From Vitrella brassicaformis CCMP3155 (taxonomy: Eukaryota > Protista > Chromerida), in contig CDMY01000153.1 of NCBI GenBank assembly GCA_001179505.1, positions 62,001 through 126,000 on the forward strand: a DNA stretch of 64,000 nucleotides, given 5' to 3'. Positions 1-13,583 of this stretch are shown here, in pieces (within the stretch, counting starts at the first letter, position 1; the number at the start of each line of letters is the position of its first letter). Below the pieces are notes generated by a model. That model was not told the origin of the DNA, made no database searches, and saw only the letters and a program-made list of their open reading frames with translations. The position numbers and the translations under genes were made by a program.

Positions 1-58
1 CCTCAGAGGTGGAGAGATGAAGGCTGCGGCTGATGTGTCGTGATGCAGTGGGAAGAGG

Positions 59-675
59 TTGGCCAGTGAGGCATCGATGAAGCAGACAAGGGACAGCAGA
101 CACCCCATGGTGGATGGACAGACGTGGGCGTGCAATGACTCGTGCATCTGCAGTCGCACCATCAACAGCCACGTCCTCCCCATGAGTCAGTCAACAGGCC
201 AAATGCCACATCGACACATCAACAGACTTCTTTCGGGCGGCAGATCTGGGAAACAAGGGGTCTCGTCCGCCTGCCTCCCTGGCTCTCTCTCTCTGGTGCT
301 CGCCTCAGGGTCGATCGTAGGTCGATCGGGAAAGAAGGTTGAGATCTGCAGGGAAGTTAAGGACATGCAGTGTATCAGGGGTGTGGGTGCCTCCCGGTAC
401 CCCATTTTGATGAGAGATCTGCCAAAAACGGCTCACTTGAGGCGGCCCTGGGCAGAGATCCGCTGGGCTTGTGCGCGGCAGCAGAGGAGTTTCACCTCTG
501 AGGACCGCCGAGGCGCCAAGGTTGAGATTCAGCTCGACGATGGCAGCGATGGCACAGGCACCAAGGCCACGGATGCCAAGAAGCCCTCCTCATCTCGATT
601 GGGACAACTCAGCATTGACGAGGTTAGGTTTGCCCACGTGGAGAGACAAATGCCACGTGGAGAGACAAATGCAGC

Positions 676-707
<32 letters not shown>

Positions 708-2339
708 GGGAGAGAGACTGTGATGAAGTGCCTGCCTGCCAACATGTCTGTCTGTCTGTCTGTGCATGTGTGAGCAGGTGTTGTATCTGTCCAAGGAGGC
801 CGGCGTCGAGACGACCAAAGAAGTTCAGGCCATCATCATGAAATCGCCGCCTTTCTCACCGGTACACACATGAGCCAACCACGGTACGGGGCCAGAGGGG
901 CTGGTCAAGGAATTAATGTTTGTCCGGCCGTCCCGTCCCGTCCATGTCTTTCAGGACAGGAGTCCGTTTCTGTTGGAGAATTTCTTTGAGTCGTCGGATG
1001 GCGGCGGCGCTGGCAGCCTCGTGACGGAGGCAGATGCGGAGTTTGGGCTCCCCCGGGATGTGGCGGATGGGTTGGACCTCTGCCTTGACAAACATGATGC
1101 CCTCTCGCACCAAGTGTCCGCAGACCTCGAGCCACACGAGAGCGGCCGGGGCGGGGGAGGGCCGTCATCGCCCGTGCATACGGCTGGTGAGGAGGATGAT
1201 TTTGATGATGGTAGTGGTGAGCTGCCCAAGGGCAGCCTGGGTGAGTTGGAGGGGGAGCGTGTGGGTGCGGTGGTCCACCCACCACACACACCACAGGGCA
1301 AGGGCGACACCGTCACGGCACACGTCGTCAACCAGATGATCCTCAAAGCCTTCCACGGCGGCCCTGACCAACAGGCCCACAAGGTAGGTAGGTATGTACG
1401 TACGTACCCACACACCCAGCCAGGCAGCCAGGGGGAGAGAGCAGGCACCATGGTCGATGTTCCTTCCCTTCCCTCTGTCTGTGTCCAATGTGTCTGTCTG
1501 TCTGTCTGTCTGTCTGTGTCTGCGTGTCTGTGTGTCTGTGTGTGTCTGTGTGGTTGCCCCCGTCCAGACGTTTGAGCACAAGGGTCGTGAGTGGCGTTTG
1601 GAGGCGGAGGGCCGAGGCACGCGTGCGCGAGCCGTCGCACATGCCGTCATCAAACGCGGGACGGGACAGGTAAACAGACAGACAGACAGACAGGCAGCCG
1701 GGGACGAGGGGGCGGTCGTGTGTGCGGTGTGTTGTGTAGATATCACATACTTTCAGGTGCTGGTCAATGGCGGCGCCGATGTGTATACATGGTGGAACTA
1801 CTTCTACAACAGGTCCGTCCCGTCCCGTCCACCCCTCCGTCAGTCGCTGGCTGGGGGGGCGTTGCGGCCCTGTCACGTCATGTTACGTCACGCGGGCATT
1901 CGTCCAAATCCACGAGTGTTCTGTCTGTGTTGTGTTAACTGGCTGGCTGCAGGATGGACGTGCTGCAGCCGTTTCTATTGACGGGCACTGCGGGGGTTTA
2001 TGACCTGTTCGTCAATGTCAGGGGCGGAGGGCCCTCAGGTCGGTCAGCCAGCCACACAGACAGCAACGGAGGGAGGGGAGGCTATGTATCTAAATATCAG
2101 TCAGCCACCACTACTGCACTCGCCTGTCCCTCCCTATCTATGCTGTGTGTTGTGTTCATTCAGGTCAGGCGTGTGCGGCTCGTTTGGCGGTGGGTCGTGC
2201 GCTGGTGAGTGCCTGTGGGTCGTGTGCGGGTGACATGCAGGAGGATCTGGTGCTGTATGACGACACACGCCAGAAGTGGCCCAAGATGCCCGGCAGGAGA
2301 GCTGCCAGGAAACAGAGGCAGTGGCGCAAACGAGGATAG
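59..2339 (+). CDS. MRPS9: Mitochondrial ribosomal protein uS9m with a long N-terminal extension (spliced; true 5' end uncertain)
   Basis: Spliced C-terminal exons read EWRLEAEGRGTRARAVAHAVIKRGTGQ|VLVNGGADVYTWWNYFYNR|MDVLQPFLLTGTAGVYDLFVNVRGGGPS|GQACAARLAVGRALV...YDDTRQKWPKMPGRRAARKQRQWRKRG*, which follows the uS9 pattern (V.GGG.SGQA.A.R.A..RAL...RK..Q..KR). Upstream exons join in frame across introns such as 623-777. Confidence 0.85.
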
Positions 2340-2875
2340 ACAGACAGACAGACTCACTGACTCTCTTACTCACCCACGAGGGACATATGTATAGTGAATG
2401 GGCATGCAATGATTGCAGTGCAATGCATGTGGGGAAGCTGACTGAGGATGCGGCGGCGTAGGGTATGGACGGACGGACGTATGTATCTGCCTGCAGCAGA
2501 AATTGACAGATTCAGTACGCACATATGCACGTACGTACGTGCTTGACAGGTACGACAGACGGTACGTACACGTGTCTCACGGGCAGGCAGGCAGGCTAGG
2601 CTAGGCTGTACGTACGCCTTGAAGGGGGACATCCATGCTGGTCGGTTGGCTGGCTGGCGTGTGCCTGTATGTATGTATTGTATGAATTGTGTCCCGTCCC
2701 GTCCCATCATACATACATGTCTGCCTGCCATGCCATGCATAGAGGGATTTATTTGTACAGTTAAGTTGCACAACGTGAGCATTGACTGACTGATGAGAGG
2801 GTACACCCTGGGATGTGTGCATTCCAAACTAACTCAGAGGATCCAACCATTCGGGCCGCCGTGTCCGTCAGCATG

Positions 2876-4820
2876 CTATGCTTCATTCAGCAGCGCCGTC
2901 GCATAGAAGACCGTCTGCATCACACACACACACATTGCCCGACCGGTGGGTGCTGTATGTATGACGTCACCACCTCCATTGAATACCGTGGGCATCATTT
3001 CCAGCTGAGCTCGCCGCTGAAGCGTCTGACAACCAGAATGGGGGCAATCAACCCACCAAACAAAGCAAGCGACCCGACCATCATAACGCCACGCCCAGGA
3101 GAGATTTAAAATGATGGCACCGCACCGCACCTTGATGGCATTCACGGCATTCCTGCGGACCTTATCGCTTATCGGAAGGCATGCAGACAAACACTCACAG
3201 CAGACCTGCAGCGCAGCGCAGCCACCACGGCAGACGTGGATCTATGCATGTAGGCATTTAGCTAACAGCATAGATATCTGTCTGTCTCACGATACATGCA
3301 TACCATGAGGGTGTGTTCATCGACAGGGAGTCGTGCGCCGGTCCATCCGCCCCTGGCTGAGTCGGCAGCGTGTCTATGTCTCGAGGATGCATCCGGCGAG
3401 CGGCCCCGCCGGCCGTCCAAACGGTACTCACTCACACCCACACAGTCCATACCCAACATACTGCACACACACGCACACACGGACACACACACATACACAG
3501 ACAACAGCAATCCAAAACATACCACCAGTCTGTCTGTCTGTCTGTCTGATGCCTTTATGTATGTCAGCCCGACCCGGTGCAGAAGTCGCAGAAGTGGATG
3601 AGGGCACTGGTGGGCAGCAAACTGCACCGCGCATGCACAAGCCGCGCACAACGACCCACCTGCACACAGACAGACAGACAGACAGACACCCAGCCAAACA
3701 GGGACACCATTGAGTGTGTCTTGTCGAGTGAGAGAGAGGGCACTCATTTACGGGCGGGAGTGGCCTGCGTTGCCTTACCAAGTGTGCCTGCATACGGCAG
3801 GTGAGTCTGAGTATTTGGATCCCGTGGGCGGTCGTGGGAGTCGGTGTGTGGTTTGTGGGTGCGTTGAAGGGGATGGTTTTTATGGTGTGTGTGTGTTTGT
3901 GTGGGTGGGGGCCGCCAGTGGTGGGGTGGTGGTAGGGTGACGCCATCGTCTCGGGGGAGGGGTACACACTCAACCCACGACACACAGGGGGGTGGTGGTG
4001 GTCACAGGCCGCCTGATAGGGCACGACAGACACAAGCAAGCAAACAAACAAGGAAGGCAGGCATCCAATCAATCAGCCGACAAACAAGCATTGATTGTTT
4101 CGAACGCCTCCCTACCTGTGGATGGTTGGCCAGTGCGAGTAGGAGCCTTTCCAGCCCCTGTGCGGCTGCGTCTTGGTGGGCGGCCCGGGTGGTCCACCCA
4201 TGCCGCACCCGCTGTGCGATGGTGTGGCTGAGGTACGCCCACAGCGCCAAGGGGAACGCACCGATGGCCATCAGCTCTACCATCGACGTCAACACAGAAG
4301 AGGCCGCCTTTCCTTGTGAGGTGGTCTCAGCCTCGGCTGGTGTGTCGGTGTCCGCTGGTGGATAATGTGATCTAGCCACGGTGCCCTCGAGCCAGTATGC
4401 CAGCAAATCACACACGGCTGGCCCCTGACGGACGGACATGACGGCACCACCAAGACTCATGGCCATGAATGAGTCAATGCAGTCCATGTGTGTGACTGAC
4501 TGACCTGTTGTCCGATGGATGTTTCCCATGCGAAGCTTGAGAATGCGGCATCATCTGTCAAGATGGACTCCATCACGGCCTCCAGATCAGCTGCCTGCAG
4601 CCATCGCAGCGCAAGCAGACAGACAGGTAGATAGAGGGACTGCATGGCATGGCATGCAGTGGGACCACGGGGCGGGCAAACCAAACCAAACCGGATGCAG
4701 ATCACGCCCATGCAGACCAGTAAGCATCCCCTCCCCTAAACCTACCTGTTGGCCGTCGGCCTTGTTGGCTTCCAGCAGCTTCGTGAGCTCAGACGTGCAG
4801 GACGCTGGCGACGACCGCAT
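2876..4820 (-). CDS. Hyccin/FAM126-like protein (putative PI4KIIIalpha complex subunit), multi-exon
   Basis: Exons give MRSSPASCTSELTKLLEANKADGQQ|AADLEAVMESIL...|GPAVCDLLAYWLEG...AFPLALWAYLSH...GLERLLLALANHPQV...SPYHHP...|AVNAIK|TLQRRAQLEMMPT|TVFYATALLNEA*. This resembles hyccin motifs VCHQLFEFY, FLPELIWCYL, IEALLLGVYN, PSVYHEP and YRAQLELYPEPLLVANAI, recalled from memory rather than searched. Confidence 0.7.
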
Positions 4821-5045
4821 CCCTACCTACCAGTGGATGGATCTGGCCAAGGAGGAGAAGAGGGGCTAGGCCCAGGCAGGAGGTTTTCCTTGCGAGCTTT
4901 GATCGAGAGGGGAAGGAGGAAAGAGAAGCAGCAGCCCTGAGGAGAGGGCTGCCAGCACTGCTCAGCACTTCTGACTGACACAGCTGATCTGTGGTGGTCG
5001 GTGTGTGTCTGTTGGTGACCTGGTGGATCTGGTCTGTGTAGACAT

Positions 5046-6208
5046 ATGGCTCGGAAGAAGAAGAACGTGGCGTCGTCGTCATCGGCTGATGCGGGTGGCG
5101 GCCAGAGGGGAGATCAGGCCGCAGGGGGTGCCGACACTGCTGCGTCGGGATCACCGCCCGCTCAGCAACCAGACCAGCAGGCGGCCTCTGCGTCGTCAGC
5201 TTCGCCCGCCGTCTTGTCCAACGGCAAGAAGAGCGGCCACGGTGCCGCTGGCCCCACCAGCACCCCGGCTGCTGCTGCCGACGGAGCTGGGGGGGGCAAG
5301 AAGCAGCCCCCCCCTCCAGACCACCCCCCCGCTGCGGCAGAGGAGGCTGACGATGAGGCGGAGGATGATGGCGTGGATGAGGACGAGGCCAACGGGCACG
5401 CCAGGCCCTACTCGGAGCTCTCGGCCACACAGAAGAAGAACATCAAAAAACGCCGCGCCAAGGCACAGCGCAAGGCACAGCAGGAGCAGGACGCCGCCAC
5501 CGGTGGCAGCGAACAGCCAGACGGCGGTGCTGCAGCGGCCTCCTCGCCCGCCGATGGTCCCAACAAGACCAAAGCGGTAGGCAGGGAACCAGGCAGGCCA
5601 CACAACACACGTCCACCACCCCTCCCCGCGAGAGCCTGCCTGTTGATCGATCGACTAACTGACACCTGTCTGTCGTGTCGTCTTGTGTCGTTCATGTGGT
5701 TGGTCTGTCTGTCTGATCAGAATGGCGTGGTGTCTGGCATGGCGGCGTACGACCCTTTGGACGATGAGAAGAAGGACATCCTGTCTGCCCTGACGTCCAA
5801 GTTGGACGAGTCGGTGGACTTGACGGCCACCAAGGCGACCAACGAACACATCCTACAGATCGCCCCACGCCAACGCATACTCCTGGTTGGTACCTCACCT
5901 GACCTCACCTGACCTGCCTCTCACACACAGCCACCCAGCCACACACGTGTCTGTATGTCTCCCTCCCCCTGTCTGTCTGTCTCTCTGTCCCCTCCCTCCC
6001 TCCCGCTTCGCTTCAGGAGGAGTTGGTGTGTGAGATCAGCGATCGCATGAACACCGGCGTCAAGGCCCGCCGGCCGTCCAGCAAGTCGTCCGCTGAGGAC
6101 CTCATGGCACAAATCGACAACATACGCAAAGGCAGCCAGTCCGTCAGAGAAATGACCCCAGAGGACAAAAAGACCCACCTCGAGTGGCTGCATGTACATA
6201 TTGACACA

Positions 6209-6241
<33 letters not shown>

Positions 6242-8553
6242 GTGGTGTGCGGGTGAGTATGATTGGTCGGTATGGCGCTGGTCCTGTGTGTGTGTGTGTG
6301 CAGAGTGAGTTGGAGATCGCCAAGGAGTTCGAGGGCACCAAGAAGGTAGGTACGGATCAGATCAGATCAGATGCTTGAAGATAATAGTGTCTTGCGACAG
6401 ACAGACAGACAGGCATCATGTCCCTATCTTGCTGTTCTGACTCGATGGTGTCCGGGATGTGTCTTGTGTGTTGTGTGTGCAGTTCCAGACGTTGCTGCGC
6501 GAGTTGAAGGACAAGGTGGAGGACCGGCTCAAGGCGGTACGCTGGCCGCACACACCGATAATATATACAGTATAGGCTCATTGATCAGGGACGTCACGTC
6601 AGTCATGTCACTTACTTGTCTGTCTGTCTGCTCGTGTCTCGTGCGTGTCTCGTGTGTGTGTCAGAATGCGGGTGCGTTTGAGCGTGCCAAGGAGTGGGAG
6701 AAGAACCACAGACTCGTCAAGAAATTTGCCGGTAGGTGTGCGCTGCACTGCACCTGGGTCACTCACTACATACGCACACTGACCACATCGAGGCCATGCA
6801 CATGTGTGTGTGTGTGTGCAGCGTTGAAGGGTGTTGCTTACGAGGATCTGCCTGCGGGAGTGGTGGCCAAGCAGGTTATGGTGGACCTGTCGGCCGAGGT
6901 CGCCAACGCACTGGGCAACGCCGCCACCGTCGCCCGCAAGATCGGCAATACCTACAATGTCGAGATACTCAAACCACTAGACAGAAACAAACCCAGGGTA
7001 CCTAGGTCGATGGGCAGACAAAGGGCGCAAGACAGACATTTACACGTACCTTCCCTACCTTACCTGTGTGTGTGTGTGCTGTGCAGGCTGTGCAGATCTC
7101 TGGCTTTGAGGAAGACGTCACCAAGTGCACCGCATACCTCAAAGTAAGTCATATAAGGACACATATAAGTATCAAGGAAGGAAAGTGCCCACTGGACTGA
7201 CTGACTCAGCAGAAGAGACCCACCCATCCCATCTATCTGCTTACTTGCTGTGTGTGCCTGTGCTGTGTGTGGGCTGCCTGCCTGACACCGCCAGTCGCTG
7301 GACTTTTCTGGCAAGCAGTCGCTGACTGTGGACGCCAAGGGTGCGGCTGCCATCATCGGCCGCCAGGGGGCCAACGCCAGGAAACTCGAGGAGGAATACG
7401 GCGTCTTTGTCCACGCAGAAAAGTATGTATGTGTGTGTATGGAATGTATGTATGTACCCACCCACACAAACCCCACGACATGACAGACATACCTACCGCC
7501 ATACACTCACCCACCTGACCTGCCCTGCACACATCGGTCGGATGGGATGCCACTCTATCCACTGGGTGGGGTGTGTGTGTGGTCTGTTCTTCCCAGGAGT
7601 GAGGTGGGGTTCTACGGCGCCAAGGACAACGTCCAGAAGGCATGCAAATACATCCAAGAGCTCCTCGCAGACGTACGGCAGTCTGGCACACTCACATTAA
7701 TTAAGAGCAGACAGAGCACCTACACAGACAGACAGACAGACAGACACCCACGGATTGAACGGATTCGTGTCTTGGTGTGGGTGTGTGTTGGTGTTGGTGT
7801 GGTGTGTGTCCACCTTCCTCTATGACTGATGTTCAGGCTCAGTCGTTTGATGAGATCAGTGTGTCAGTGGGCATGGGCAAGGCCCTGGTGGGTCTCAACG
7901 GGTCAGTGGTGCGGTCGATCGAGCAGGCCACGGGCAGCCAGATCAAGGTCATCCAGCCCCGTGAGGGCGGCGGCCCCCCGACTGGGGGCGGCCGGGGCGG
8001 GGCCCGCGGACCACAGCAGGACCACGACAACGAGGGCGAGGGTCACGGGATGCTCCCAGCGACTGGAGTGGAGAAGTGCCGTGTGACGATCCGCGGCAAG
8101 GCCGACCAGATCAGCGCCGCCAAGAAGAAGATCAGCGAGTTCATCAAGGGGGTCGTCACGGTGGAGATCCCCTCGGAGCGTCAGGTCCTCAACAAACTCT
8201 ACTCGGGCGTGGGCGGCGGCACCCAGGGCGGCCAGAGGAGACAGCCCGGCGGACCCAGGGGATTCGAGTGAGGAACCCAACTCATAAATGAGATGAATCA
8301 ATTAGCTATGGACCACCTCTGCACTGTACTGTGGGTGTGGATCTTTTCTTTGCGTTGTCTTGTGTTGTGTTGTGTGTCTGACTGATATTAGTGTGGACAA
8401 CGATGAGGGCAGCAACTTCGTGGCGGGTGTGGCGGAGCAGTTTGCGCAGCTGCGGGAAAGCTCGGGGCTGACCATACTCAGGAAGGACAACACCATTCAA
8501 CTCATCGGTACACACACACACACACACCCCGATACTTTACCACAGACCTCACC

Positions 8554-8589
<36 letters not shown>

Positions 8590-10883
8590 CATCGTGTGCA
8601 GGTGCCAAGGAGTTGGTGGACAAGGTGAAGGCTCAGATCACCGAGCTCATCAAGAAGGTGACTTACTTACTGCACACATACAGGGTGTGGTGTTACTTAC
8701 GGGGTTGGCGGGGCGGCTGGACTGGACACCTCCCCTCCCATGTGTGTGAGCTGTTCAGGCCATGTACACGTCCACCCGAGTGTCCATCCAACGCGAGCAA
8801 ATGAAAATCTGGGTGGGTAGCTACCGTAACGTAGCCACACACATTCGACTGCACTGCACCCATCCACACACCCCACCCCACCAGCCCACTGGCGTGCCTC
8901 ACTCGTCCTTTGTGTATGTGTGTATGTGTGTCCAGAGTGCTGAGAGCAAGCACAAGCAGGCGGTAGAGCAGGAGAGCGGCGCCATCCTCACCATCGCACG
9001 CCCACGACCCGACGGATCATCATTCATCACTGTCACTGGAGGTACATACACACACAACCACACACACATGACCGAAAGCTCTCCACGTCAGTCATTGTGT
9101 GTGTCCACCGCCTGTCCCATCCACCCCTGGCTGGTACCGTACCAGACAACGAGCAGAAGGCGGCAGCGCAGAGTCTGATCAACGAGATACTCGACCGCGA
9201 GGGACACGTGGAGTCCATGGAACTCGCCGAAAACGCCGTACGGCCCAATAGACACACGCATGCACATGACATGCATCCCATCCACCTATGGATGGATCCC
9301 TGTCGGTCGGCCTGTGCGTCTGTCGGTCCCATGGGATGGCATATACATATGGCTGCACTGGCTGCATTGCAGATCAATGCGTTGATCCGCAACCGCGGCA
9401 CCAGGATCCAGGAAATCGAGACGAGTGTGTCGCCGCCCGTGAGCGTCTCACTGGACAAGAAGACCAAGACGGCCAAAATCATGGGCGCCAAGGACGCCGT
9501 CGCACAAGTCAAAGAGACACTACAGAAATTCCAGGTCCGTTGACCAGCCGTCTGTCGTGGGATGGACATGACGAGTGGGGGCTGGAGTTCCTTGCTGCTG
9601 TGTCCCTGTCTGTCTGTTTGCCTGTTTGCCTGTTTGGTGTGTTTATGCAGGATGAGTTGGAGGACGACATAGCGCTTCAGACGAGCCGCGATGTCCCCAT
9701 CGACAAGGACAACATCGGTCTCATCATCGGCAAGGCGGGTGCAACCATCAAAAACATCCGAATGACCACAGGGGTGAGGCAACCAGCTGTTACCTCACAC
9801 ACACATGACACGAACCACCACGGCCATGTCTCCGTGACTGCGCTGTGTGTATAAGGTTGATCGCATTGACGTGGTGGATGCGCGTGGCTGCATAGCGTTG
9901 AAGGGCCGCTCAGACTGTGTCGACAAAGCCGCGAAAATGATCGAGGAGATCGTGGCGGTACGACCCATCCACCATATATATACGACGCAGCAAACCAAAT
10001 GTGTGTATCTCTTCCCCCTCCCTCCCTCCCTGTCTGTATGTGTGTGTAGGCTGAGGCCCGTCGCCGCTCACCGGGTGATGGCGGCTCCCCTGCTGAGGCC
10101 CACCAGCCGCCCCTGGGCGGGCCGGACACCACTGCCGCGAGTGACAACGCGTCCCCGTCCACCTTGGGCCGTGCGAGAGGCGCCGGCCGCGGGCGACCTG
10201 ACGACGCTGGCAATGACCAGGGTGGCGCACTGGAGAACGGCCCACGGAGGGGTGGCAATCAGCGGGGCGGCCGGGGCGGCGGTCGGCCCTCTGGCGGCCG
10301 GGGTCGGGGGCGTGGGGGTGGGGAGGATGAGGACGTGGAGATCGAGATTCAGAACGAGCAGATGTTCCCCAGTTTGGGGGACAGCCTCACTGGTGGCAAG
10401 CGCGCGCGCAAGGCCGCGGCCGCACCTGCCACTGTCGACGAACCTACCGCTGAGGAGGAACCACAGGACGAACAGCAGGTCACACACACCACATCACACC
10501 CGGACGGAGGTCTAACTACCACCGCCCATGTCTGGTGTGTGTCCTGTGTTGTCTGCTTCATTCAGGCTGCGGATGATGTGGCCGATGAGAAGGCAGATCT
10601 GTCTGCTGCCGCCCCTGGCGCCGCTGCTGATGATGAGGCCCCGGCCGCCCCCAGCCCAGCTCCAGCTCCAGCGGCAGACGAGGAGGCGCCGGCCAACGAG
10701 CCGACGGCCCAGGACGAGGGGGAGGGGGACCCCACCACACCCGTTGATGCACCCGCTGCAGCAGCTGCTGCTGCAGATGGTGGCGATGATGAGGATGGGA
10801 CGGGCGGTGGTGGAGGCGATACCAGCGCCGAGCCCCCTGCCGCTGCCGTGGCCGAGGAGGCAGAGGGCCAGGACGATACATGA
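5046..10883 (+). CDS. Multi-KH-domain RNA-binding protein (vigilin/Scp160-like) with RGG box and acidic disordered termini
   Basis: Starts MARKKKNVASSSS. Repeated KH motifs in spliced exons: AAAIIGRQGANARKLEEEYGV, KALVGLNGSVVRSIEQATGSQI, NALIRNRGTRIQEIE, IGLIIGKAGATIKNIRMTTGV. C-terminal GGNQRGGRGGGRPSGGRGRGRGGG, stop at 10883. Confidence 0.8.
6194..6303 (+). repeat. Intron with (AC)n near the donor and (TG)n next to the acceptor (type example)
   Basis: GT at 6194, (AC)n at about 6204-6224, (TG)n at about 6285-6300, AG at 6302-6303. Confidence 0.85.
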
Positions 10884-10899
10884 ATCAATCAAGAGGGAG

Positions 10900-12363
10900 G
10901 GGGGCGGGCGGTAGATGGGTAGGTAGGTCGGGGAAGGAAGGAAGGGGTGGGTCGGGTCGGGTCGCTGTGGGCGGTTGGTTGGCTGGCCGGGTCGATGGAT
11001 GGATGGATGACTGGCTGGTGTGTTGATTGCCTCGGAAGGGCAGAGAGTGCAGTCATCCCATCACGCACGCGTTTCTACTGCTTGGTCTTTCTCGTGTGAG
11101 TTGGGGGGAGGGGACAGACAGAGGCCGCGTGTTGTTGGGTTGGGGAATCTTGTCTGTCTTGTTGTCATCATGCGAACGCATCGTAAATGGGGAGAGGAGA
11201 GGGGAGAGGGAGGGGGGTCGCTGATGCGCTGCACGTCCATCGGAGGTTTTAAGAGAGAGTGGATGGCCAAGCGGTCGTTTCTGTGTGTGGGCCTGGATGG
11301 GATGTCTAACACACGTGTTTTGGCCGGGCGGCTCACCTCACACTGTTTTTTCCTGCTGTGCAGCACTTGTTGTGCGTGCGGCCATCTCAATGGACCATGC
11401 CACACACATCCATTCGTGCACCGATAGATACTTGATTGGGTCACATACTCCAACCTACTCGCACCCCTGCCCCGGGCTCCGCCACGCCCTTCTTGTGCAT
11501 GGGATGTGTGTGTGGGTGACTCCCTCCTGACCTGATGGATCGATCGCCCGCTTATCCATCCATCCATCGATGTATGTATGTATGTATGTGTACGGGGAGG
11601 GGAGCCGTGTGGCTTGGCTCCCTCCTCTTACCATTTTTGATATCGTCCAACCATCGCCGTCTGCCTGCCTGCCTGCCTGCCTGTGGGTGGCGATGCGATG
11701 ATGTTGACACATGGATGCTCGACGGGGGCAAGTTTTGCACTCACTCACTGCTGGCTGGGCTCAACACAATTCATTCACATGGATGGACACACCCACTGAC
11801 ACACACACACACACACACACGGCCATCGCTCTCCGCCGACCCGACCTAGGGTGTGGTGCATGCCATGTATGGACTGAGTGAGTGACTTGACGGATGGCTG
11901 ACGGAGAGACAGATAGATACTTGGACGGACGGATGGACGGACGGACGGACGAGTCGCTCGTATTCGATTTTTCCCCAGCCCAGCCCAGCCCAGCCTTGAT
12001 TCCAATGTTGAGAGGCCGATCGGTAGATATCTTGCCCTCATCCATGTGCACACGACGAGTGTGTGTGTTTGGCTGTGATGTTTGTTGAATTGGGGGCTGT
12101 CTGTCTGGTAGCGAATGTATGTGTGTGTGTATGTATTCCTTTCCGCCGGACGCGACAGCGGGGAAGCAGAAAGGATCTCGATAGATGATTGGAGAGGGGG
12201 AAAGAGAGAGAGAGGGTTACTGAGAAACAGAATGCGTGTGGCACATCTGGCGGGCCATGCCGTCCATCCATTCTCTGTCCACATGACGACTCGCTCACCC
12301 ACATCGTCTCCTTTGCACCCTCACCTTCACCTTTCAGCTCTTCCTGCCTGCCTGCCTGCCCGT

Positions 12364-12401
<38 letters not shown>

Positions 12402-13500
12402 NNNNNNNNNNNNNNNNNNNNNNNNNNNNNNNNNNNNNNNNNNNNNNNNNNNNNNNNNNNNNNNNNNNNNNNNNNNNNNNNNNNNNNNNNNNNNNNNNNN
12501 NNNNNNNNNNNNNNNNNNNNNNNNNNNNNNNNNNNNNNNNNNNNNNNNNNNNNNNNNNNNNNNNNNNNNNNNNNNNNNNNNNNNNNNNNNNNNNNNNNNN
12601 NNNNNNNNNNNNNNNNNNNNNNNNNNNNNNNNNNNNNNNNNNNNNNNNNNNNNNNNNNNNNNNNNNNNNNNNNNNNNNNNNNNNNNNNNNNNNNNNNNNN
12701 NTCCCCCGCCCTGTGTTGCTGCCCTCGCCTGTCTGTCTGTCTGTCTTTCAGTTAGTGCGTCAGTCAGTCAATTCGAGTTCGCTCGCGTGCCGGGGATGAG
12801 CGTGTAGACGCGTGTGTGCATCCCTCCCTGTATGTGAATGTGTGGTGTCGCAATCGTCAGTCTGTCGGTGCGGATGGATGGATGGCTGCCGGAGTGTTTC
12901 AAGGGTGTGTGATGGACGCAGGGGGATGGGGCCATGGCGGGCAGCAAGGTAAGGTGAGTATCCATACATCCATCCGATTGGTCCGTCCCCGTGGATGGAT
13001 GGGTGTGGATGGATTGGGTGTGCGGTGCGGTGTGCAATTGATTGATCCACTTGGATTTCAACCTCTACATGACATGCGTGTGCTTGGTGTGCCTCCCACC
13101 CTCATACACCACTACCACCAGTGAGTGAGTGAGCGCCATGTGTGTGTGCGTGTCTGTGTCAATTCGTGGTTGTCCTCCTGACTGACTGACTGCCTGTCTG
13201 CCTGTCTGTCTGTCTGGTCGTCTGTCTGTCTGTCTGTCCGGATATCTATAATATTATATCCCCACTGCCAGTTGCCGGGCAGTTTACCAACTGTGGGTGT
13301 GTGACTGACCGACGAGACAGACACCTACGGTATGCATATGTGCCCCCGTGCATGCATGGCATGACATGATTGATGCCAATGGAACAAACCCATTTCGCCC
13401 AAGCAGGGTTGGCATGTCACGTCACGTCACGTCGTCTCTATCCGTGTTGTTTCCTTCGCCATTCCCTCTGTCTGTCCGTCTTTCTATCTGTCCATCCAGG
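10900..13500. repeat. Microsatellite-mosaic intergenic/3'UTR region between convergent genes
   Basis: Short runs of (GGAT)n, (CTGC)n, (CA)n, (GACG)n, (CCAGC)n, (TCTG)n and a poly-C run. No ORF here looks like a protein. Confidence 0.7.
12402..12701. other. Assembly gap (300 N) preceded by a long poly-C run
   Basis: N run seen directly, with poly-C at about 12366-12401. Confidence 0.99.
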
Positions 13501-13583
13501 GGCCATCACCTCCATCACATTCCGCCTCCAACCTGCACACACACACACACACACACGCTCGTTCGCACGTATCCTTCCTTTCC

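Noticed and set aside
633-671. Short direct repeat CCACGTGGAGAGACAAATG x2
   Set aside because: Only two adjacent copies inside an intron, so this is a local duplication and not a CRISPR array or mobile element.
1300-1800. Ankyrin-like look of GDTVTAHVV and VLVNGGADV
   Set aside because: After splicing, these segments belong to the uS9 core and its extension, and there is no repeated ankyrin periodicity.
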